Below, in pieces: positions 58,542 through 64,000 of a stretch of DNA of 64,000 bases (the first letter of the stretch is position 1; each line of letters begins with the position of its first letter). The stretch is taken from the IMG/VR virus record IMGVR_UViG_3300020204_004581; one strand, 5' to 3'. Made by a program: the position numbers and the translations under genes. Source of the DNA: a virus. A model generated the notes under the pieces. The model searched no databases, was not told where the DNA came from, and was given only the letters and a program-made list of their open reading frames with translations.

Positions 58542-58926
58542 AACAATTAAAAATCCAACGTTATTTGTCGACATTGATGGTACATTAGTTCAATATCGTA
58601 AGTTTAGTGAACTTTCAACAGCTGTATTAACACCAATTCAAGAAGTCATTGACACAGTAAACAATTATTATGATGAAGGTGCTGTTGTTGTTATCACCAC
58701 TGCTCGTCCAAGTACTTATGAACTATTTACAAAACAAGAGTTGGAAAAACTTGGTGTAAAGTATCATCAACTTGTGATGAACTTGGGAAGGGGTACAAGA
58801 GTAATCTTAAACGATAAGGATCCAGAAAATCCTGAACTTCCGAGAGCCCTTGGTATAAATTTGAACAGGGATCGGGGGTGGGAGGGACTTGATATATCTG
58901 AATTAGTAAATTCCTACGAAGTTTAA
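58534..58926 (+). CDS. HAD-superfamily phosphatase (capless)
   Basis: FVDIDGTL, ITTAR and LND motifs. Confidence 0.8.
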   Translation: MSKTIKNPTLFVDIDGTLVQYRKFSELSTAVLTPIQEVIDTVNNYYDEGAVVVITTARPSTYELFTKQELEKLGVKYHQLVMNLGRGTRVILNDKDPENPELPRALGINLNRDRGWEGLDISELVNSYEV

Positions 58927-59147
58927 TGGTACAGAGTAGAAGACACGTTGCAAAAACTATAAGTTATCGTATAATCAGCACGTTAATAGGATTTATCATA
59001 ATGTGGTTTGCAACAGGATCTGTCAAAGTTGGTGCAGCATTCAGCGTCATAGAGTTACTTTATAAACCAATCCAATATTACATACACGAACGGGTTTGGT
59101 ACAAATACATCAAATATGGTTTGGATAAAAAGAATGAGGCCGAATAA
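58926..59147 (+). CDS. DUF2061-like small membrane protein
   Basis: RH.AKTISYRI...YY.HERVW pattern. Confidence 0.75.
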   Translation: MVQSRRHVAKTISYRIISTLIGFIIMWFATGSVKVGAAFSVIELLYKPIQYYIHERVWYKYIKYGLDKKNEAE

Positions 59148-59184
59148 TAAGTAGGTTTTTTCTTTTAATGGGTATTTATGGTAT

Positions 59185-60390
59185 ATGAAAAAGGTTATAA
59201 ATGAGGTTGTACTTTCCTCACCCCTTGATAACACATCTGTAAATTCAAAGTTTGGACCAAGATGGGGTAGAAACCATAATGGTGTTGACTTAGCGGCTAA
59301 TGCAGCAAACGTTAAATCTCCTCTTGATGGTGTTGTAGAGGTTGGAGAAATTAGAAACGATAGTTGTGGTGGTACAATTATTATAACTCATCCTGATGGA
59401 TTCAAAACAGGATATTGTCACATGCAAAAAATAAATGTTAGACAAGGACAAAAAGTTAGAAAGGGTGATATCATTGGGGTAAGTGGTGGTGGTGCGAATG
59501 ATCCAGGTAGAGGTAGAAGTGATGGCCGACATTTACATTTCTCACTAAAAAAAGATGGTAAATTCGTTGACCCAATGCAATATATCGATAAGGTAAATGT
59601 AAGTTCTTCTGATATTTCATTATCAGGTGCGACGCCATCTGACGATAGTGGTAAAACAAATTGGGATGATTTTTTCAGTGGAAAATTTTCTAACAGAAAT
59701 ATCAAAGATATATCACAAAGGGATAAAGATCCAATATTACAAGGCATATTAGAGCCTTTAAAAAACGCCACCATTTTACAATTCGAACATAGAGATTTTA
59801 TAACACCGATCAATGAAGATTATGAACTTTCAAACGGAAGATATATTTCTAGTTTGGAGTATACAATTTCCCAAGGAAAAAAGGTGTTAAACCCCGATAT
59901 CGGTAAAGTGGTCGATATCAGTGATAAAAATAATTGCAAAAATTCAATAACTGTTCAACATGCAATCGATAAGAAAACCTATTATACTGAGTTTTGTTCT
60001 GTAGAAAATATCAAAGTAAGGGCGGGTCAAAATATACCAAAAAATAAAGTTTTGGGTATTGCTGGACAAAATACTATTGTCAGAATTTTGGATAGATCTA
60101 AAACAATAATGAGCTTTAAACAGTTTGAAGATGAGTCGAAGGAAAAAGATCCTAATAAACCAAAAGATAAACCAAGTTTAGATTCTAGAAAGGACCCTAT
60201 TTTGGATTTGTTAACTAACCCACTTAGATCATTAGATTTTGATTCAAAAAATACGAAAACCGTATCAATGAATGATAAGGTTAAAAGTTACGGTTGGGTT
60301 GATTGGTTGAGTAAGAATACTGTTAGTAAAAATGAATCGATTCAAGAAAATATTTCACGATTCAAAAGTTTGATGGGTATTATAACTTAA
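59185..60390 (+). CDS. M23 family peptidoglycan endopeptidase with a second, degenerate M23-like domain
   Basis: HNGVD, YCHM and HLHF motifs; the second repeat (TEFCSV..I.V.AGQ.I) lacks Zn ligands. Confidence 0.88.
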   Translation: MKKVINEVVLSSPLDNTSVNSKFGPRWGRNHNGVDLAANAANVKSPLDGVVEVGEIRNDSCGGTIIITHPDGFKTGYCHMQKINVRQGQKVRKGDIIGVSGGGANDPGRGRSDGRHLHFSLKKDGKFVDPMQYIDKVNVSSSDISLSGATPSDDSGKTNWDDFFSGKFSNRNIKDISQRDKDPILQGILEPLKNATILQFEHRDFITPINEDYELSNGRYISSLEYTISQGKKVLNPDIGKVVDISDKNNCKNSITVQHAIDKKTYYTEFCSVENIKVRAGQNIPKNKVLGIAGQNTIVRILDRSKTIMSFKQFEDESKEKDPNKPKDKPSLDSRKDPILDLLTNPLRSLDFDSKNTKTVSMNDKVKSYGWVDWLSKNTVSKNESIQENISRFKSLMGIIT

Positions 60391-60427
60391 CGAAAGTTTT
60401 TTTAATCCCAAAACAACTCGCAAAAAC

Positions 60428-60670
60428 CTATAAAGAGTTATTACCATCAGAATTTCTTCGTCTGGCTTCCTCAGCTTCCTTGTAGTATTTTATCCAAGTC
60501 AAAAAAAAGTCAATTGGGGCAATTACCCAACCCAAAATTAATACCATAATTGCATCCAAAGCTGGTGTTATATTCAATGCACCAGCCGTTGATTCTTTCT
60601 TATATGTTATAAAAAGTTTAATTTCACAGTAGATAACAGAAATAACATAATAAGTCCAAAATAGTTTCAT
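60428..60670 (-). CDS. Small membrane protein
   Basis: Two hydrophobic segments; ATG 60670 taken as start. Confidence 0.6.
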   Translation of the reverse strand: MKLFWTYYVISVIYCEIKLFITYKKESTAGALNITPALDAIMVLILGWVIAPIDFFLTWIKYYKEAEEARRRNSDGNNSL

Positions 60671-60740
60671 AATCAATTGTAATAATATTTTATTTGAATG
60701 TCAAATCCGCTCTATTCATTTTCATAACACAAAGATATGT

Positions 60741-61265
60741 TTATTTTTCCAATTTTTTGATACATTCATCAATTTTATCTCTTAATCTACCACCTTTACC
60801 CCAATCACCATCTACCTGTACGTGTCTCCACATTGGAACTCTTGGTTTCATCCATTTGTATTGCCCATCAAGTTTCATGTCATCAATTGAAATCCAATTG
60901 GAGATTTTGTTGTCTTTCACCCACTTTGTGATTTCAGATGCTCTTTCCCATTCGATTGCTGGTCTGCTCATCTTATTCCATAAGTCTTGATGAGTTGTAA
61001 TATCTACAATCGGAGCGGTTATACCGTAGTATTGGAAGATTCTTTTCAGTTGTATAAAACTGAAATGCTTTTTCCAATCTGAACTTACAACGAGTGATGC
61101 ATTTGTTTCATCACAAATCTTTTGTAAAGCTTGACAATCCTCCTCAACCCAAGGGTATGGAATTGTGAAGGTCTTGCTTGCTTCGTTGAGCGTAACTCTC
61201 CCGTCACCCCAAGTGCCCCATGCCAGTGGTCCATCTACATCAATAAAGATAATTTTACGTCTCAT
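60741..61265 (-). CDS. HAD domain protein, Swiss-army-knife RNA-repair type (HAD_SAK_2-like)
   Basis: IIFIDVDGPL, LVVSSDWK, R..EI..W and WISIDD. Confidence 0.78.
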   Translation of the reverse strand: MRRKIIFIDVDGPLAWGTWGDGRVTLNEASKTFTIPYPWVEEDCQALQKICDETNASLVVSSDWKKHFSFIQLKRIFQYYGITAPIVDITTHQDLWNKMSRPAIEWERASEITKWVKDNKISNWISIDDMKLDGQYKWMKPRVPMWRHVQVDGDWGKGGRLRDKIDECIKKLEK

Positions 61266-61278
61266 AACATTTTATTTG

Positions 61279-61351
61279 TTGGAATGGGCGGGCTCGAACC
61301 GCCGACAACTATCGTATCAGAATAGTACTCTACCAGCTGAGCTACATTCCA
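61279..61351 (-). tRNA. tRNA-Ile(GAT)
   Basis: TGGAATG/CATTCCA acceptor; CTATT-CTGATAC-GATAG anticodon arm; GGCGG-TTCGAGC-CCGCC T arm. Confidence 0.88.
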
Positions 61352-61357
61352 TTATTG

Positions 61358-61429
61358 AGGTCAGAACAGGAATCGAACCTGTGTAGAAGGTTTTGCAGAC
61401 CTCCGCCTAAACCACTCGGCCACCCGACC
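61358..61429 (-). tRNA. tRNA-Cys(GCA)
   Basis: GAGGT-CTGCAAA-ACCTT anticodon arm; U discriminator. Confidence 0.93.
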
Positions 61430-61484
61430 TTATTTATTATTGCTCAAATTTAAGACAATTTATTGCTCGAATTTAAGACTTTTG

Positions 61485-61556
61485 TAGCCCCGCACGGATT
61501 CGAACCGAAATATCCACCGTGAAAGGGTGGTGTCCTAACCATTAGACGACGGGGCC
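61485..61556 (-). tRNA. tRNA-Glu(TTC)
   Basis: CCACC-CTTTCAC-GGTGG anticodon arm; T-stem mismatch. Confidence 0.9.
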
Positions 61557-61749
61557 AATCAACACAAAGATATAGGATATTCCTTAAATAAAAAAACCCC
61601 AAACTTCATTTCTGTCGCTTAGGGTTTGTATATTGCTATACATCAGGATATTATCAAGTATGAACTACATGAATTTGTTGGTGTAGACCAAATTAAACGT
61701 TGTAGCTCTCTCTTTTTTTATAATTATTAAATAATATAGTAAACTTTTT

Positions 61750-62442
61750 TTATTTGTCAAACTTTTCTTCGTAAATTGTATCCATTTCACTATTTTCATT
61801 ATACCAACCGAAGTCCAAGATTACTTCTTTCTGTCTTACATAGAATTTAAATGATCCGCTCGAACCTTCGTTTATTTCCCATCCACCATAATTACTTTCT
61901 AATTGATTGTAACACCATTCTTCAATTGCTGCTGATAAGTTTCTTTCAATTCCATTTTCATCCCTGGCTTCCTCGATTTGTCCACTATCACCCCCTCCAT
62001 TAAAATAGACAGTTAAAGTTTGTAAGCTAGACTCAGACAATTCATCCATAATTTTCGATAAATTTTCGTCATCTTTGATTTCTTCCTTATCCCAACTCAT
62101 TGGCGCATCTTCTTTTGTTTGATAACTGTAACAAAATTGGACCTCAATACTATTGTTATAACTGTTAATTATAAAATTTGCCCAAGTTTCGGATATGTCA
62201 TCACTTTCGTAGCTTGGCTCATAACTGGCTAAAGATTCAGAAATTCTATTTAAAATTGGTCCAATTCTCTCGGGTATTTCAAGATAGTAATTTTCTTCAG
62301 AATTCAATTTACCAACAATTTTTCTGTAATCAGGTGTCCAATCATATATCCGAAAAGTGGTTTCATCTTCGCCATATGATTTAATATATTTCGCATAAAA
62401 CCTAAGATATTTTTTTTCCTCAGGTGTCAAAATATTCTCCAT
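61750..62442 (-). CDS. Acidic protein with C-terminal DUF6878-like domain
   Basis: F.GGGDSGQIE...GWEINEGS.G motif (recalled family); ATG 62442 taken as start. Confidence 0.6.
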   Translation of the reverse strand: MENILTPEEKKYLRFYAKYIKSYGEDETTFRIYDWTPDYRKIVGKLNSEENYYLEIPERIGPILNRISESLASYEPSYESDDISETWANFIINSYNNSIEVQFCYSYQTKEDAPMSWDKEEIKDDENLSKIMDELSESSLQTLTVYFNGGGDSGQIEEARDENGIERNLSAAIEEWCYNQLESNYGGWEINEGSSGSFKFYVRQKEVILDFGWYNENSEMDTIYEEKFDK

Positions 62443-62491
62443 ATCATTAAATATAATCAAAGTTTACAATTCAATAAAGTCGTTATATCTT

Positions 62492-63142
62492 TTGACTGTG
62501 AATTACGTTTACAGATATGACATAATAAATGAAGTAATTAATCGTTATAATTTCAGAAATTATTTGGAAATAGGTGTTTGTGATCCATCAGATTGTTTTG
62601 ATTTAATAAGTTGTGAAAATAAAATGGGTGTAGATCCAGGTCTTGAATTTGTCAATAACACCGTAAAATATCAAATGACCTCCGATGAATTTTTCAGTGG
62701 ATTAGAAAATGGCTATTTGGACTTAGATTCAGGATTTCGATGGGATGTTATCTTCATAGATGGATTACATATTTCTACACAAGTCATGAGAGACGTTAAA
62801 AACTCTTTATATCACCTAAATCCTAACGGCTTTATTTTCCTTCATGACAGTAATCCAGAGTCATATTTCATGCAACGTGAAGATTATTATGTTGATGGAC
62901 AACAACAACCTTGGAATGGTACGGTTTGGAAAGTAATCTATAATCTCAGATCACACAGAGAAGATCTTGTTGTAAATACAATCAACACAGATTGGGGTGT
63001 TGGAGTAATTAGAAGAGGATCTTCCAATCCTATTAAATTCACCAATCCTTTCTATGAGTACAATCAGATGGCAGACAATAGATATCGAGACTTAGGTCTT
63101 ATAGAGATGTCGGAGTTTCGGAATCTGTACTATTCATTTTGA
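62492..63142 (+). CDS. Class I SAM-dependent methyltransferase (Methyltransf_24-like)
   Basis: YLEIGV, GVDP, DVIFIDGLH, L.PNG.I.LHD and WNGTVWK. Confidence 0.82.
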   Translation: MTVNYVYRYDIINEVINRYNFRNYLEIGVCDPSDCFDLISCENKMGVDPGLEFVNNTVKYQMTSDEFFSGLENGYLDLDSGFRWDVIFIDGLHISTQVMRDVKNSLYHLNPNGFIFLHDSNPESYFMQREDYYVDGQQQPWNGTVWKVIYNLRSHREDLVVNTINTDWGVGVIRRGSSNPIKFTNPFYEYNQMADNRYRDLGLIEMSEFRNLYYSF

Positions 63143-63473
63143 GGGTTCTGAGCATCCACTGAGGTTTGTTCTTGTTTTGGATGTTCATCAACCATTCTTT
63201 CGCTGAGGGAATATATCCAAAACAATCCTCTTTTACATGTTGTTCTCCCACGTATCTTGTGTATACAGTTTTATTGTCGGAATTTTGAAACTCACTACCG
63301 AACTTTTTTTCCATTTCGAATATACCTTCAGCATGATGTCTGAACATCCTGTGAAGTGAATCACCAATCCAACCCTTAGTTTCATCCAACCATTCGTGTA
63401 AATGGATGTAGTCTTGAGGTTTACCACCAAATTTTTTTGCCGAAGATTCGGCATGTAAGTTAGGATGTGCCAT
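63099..63473 (-). CDS. His-rich DUF6915-like protein
   Basis: MAHP..HA.SS.KKFGG...DY...H.W.D..K...HR..RHH.EGIF...GEQHV.ED (recalled family). Confidence 0.7.
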   Translation of the reverse strand: MAHPNLHAESSAKKFGGKPQDYIHLHEWLDETKGWIGDSLHRMFRHHAEGIFEMEKKFGSEFQNSDNKTVYTRYVGEQHVKEDCFGYIPSAKEWLMNIQNKNKPQWMLRTLKMNSTDSETPTSL

Positions 63474-63515
63474 TATTTACAATAATTCAAATATTAAAAC
63501 TTATAATTTTTTACG

Positions 63516-63587
63516 CGTCCCCTCAAGGTTTCGAACCTTGGGCCCTCTCGTTAACAGCGAGATGCTCTACCACTGAGCTAAGGAGAC
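63516..63587 (-). tRNA. tRNA-Asn(GTT)
   Basis: TCTCG-CTGTTAA-CGAGA anticodon arm; G discriminator. Confidence 0.93.
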
Positions 63588-63619
63588 TTATTTTTTTTAT
63601 ACAAAGATCTAACGTAATG

Positions 63620-63693
63620 TTGGGAAGACAGGATTCGAACCTGTGACCCTTCGCGTATCAGACGAAAGCTCTTACCAACTGAGCTACTTTCCA
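63620..63693 (-). tRNA. tRNA-Ile(GAT), second copy
   Basis: TTCGT-CTGATAC-GCGAA anticodon arm; TGGAAAG/CTTCCCA acceptor with one mismatch. Confidence 0.85.
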
Positions 63694-63791
63694 ATGTAAT
63701 ACAAATATAATAATAAACCCCGAACTTTTTAGTGTTCAGGGTTTATTGTGATGTAATAATTTGTATTTCTTTTGTTTTGATTATAAAAATC

Positions 63792-63920
63792 TTATAATAT
63801 ATTATTTAATAACACTGTAAGTAGAACCATAGTAATTATAGCCCACACAATAGCTTTATAAAAACCATTTTTGGTGTGGTAATCTGAGAAATTCAAAATA
63901 AAGTCTAAAAATTTATACAT
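63792..63920 (-). CDS. 42-aa single-TM protein
   Basis: Hand-translated MYKFLDFILNFSDYHTKNGFYKAIVWAIITMVLLTVLLNNIL; its ATG directly follows the upstream stop. Confidence 0.5.
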   Translation of the reverse strand: MYKFLDFILNFSDYHTKNGFYKAIVWAIITMVLLTVLLNNIL

Positions 63921-63998
63921 TTATTTAGCGGGTTCAATATATCCTTTGAATGTTATTCTTATTTTACCACCTTTTTGGTCTGTACCTCTTGTTGGAGT
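63921..63998 (-). CDS. 3' end of a gene entering from beyond the window
   Basis: Open frame ...TPTRGTDQKGGKIRITFKGYIEPAK-stop. Confidence 0.4.
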   Translation of the reverse strand, partial: TPTRGTDQKGGKIRITFKGYIEPAK

Positions 63999-64000
63999 AC

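Noticed and set aside
61131-61386. Plus-strand ORFs 61131..61325 and 61165..61386
   Set aside because: They are antisense to the HAD gene and tRNA genes.
1-64000. CRISPR array, transposase, integrase, intron or intein
   Set aside because: No regularly spaced repeats and no recombinase or homing-endonuclease motifs were seen. The terminase, portal and MCP frames are uninterrupted.
1-64000. Stop-codon reassignment (code 15 or 4), as in some large phages
   Set aside because: Long genes are intact under code 11, TAA/TAG/TGA all end tightly packed genes, and no suppressor tRNA was found.

Overview
This AT-rich 64 kb window is part of a large T4-like tailed dsDNA phage genome using the standard genetic code. 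It is not a bacterial chromosome. The host is very probably Bacteroidota, based on TAnnTTTG -7 promoter boxes, A-rich starts without SD sequences, and Bacteroidota-type bS21, tmRNA tag start and TonB-dependent receptor. From left to right it contains: a partial trypsin-like protease gene and a PT-rich probable virion protein; a late operon with a stand-alone WYL protein; a 14 kb nucleotide-sugar/glycosyltransferase cluster with dUTPase, exonuclease and PhoH; a gp55-like late sigma factor and probable baseplate genes; the head module (MCP, scaffold, prohead protease, portal, large terminase) with an antisense ribosomal protein S21 gene; a nucleotidyltransferase-M23-PG-binding-lysozyme fusion; a proteostasis block (KTSC, Hsp20, N-truncated ClpC, M28 peptidase, tmRNA with an unusually long tag); a full-length 1095-aa TonB-dependent receptor; and a tRNA-rich accessory region with 7 tRNAs and one degenerate tRNA. 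The best novelty candidates are: (i) a doubly pseudoknotted RNA between tRNA genes (57713-57892) whose hairpin loop is complementary to an upstream 30-codon ORF; (ii) a TATTTAT(A) late-promoter regulon whose products share (I/L)xE leader peptides, suggesting a capsid-cargo tagging system; (iii) a phage-encoded tag-and-degrade module; and (iv) a cytoplasmic glycan pathway with a GDP-mannose 3,5-epimerase beside two fucosyltransferase-family enzymes. All family calls are by eye from motifs; no database search was run.
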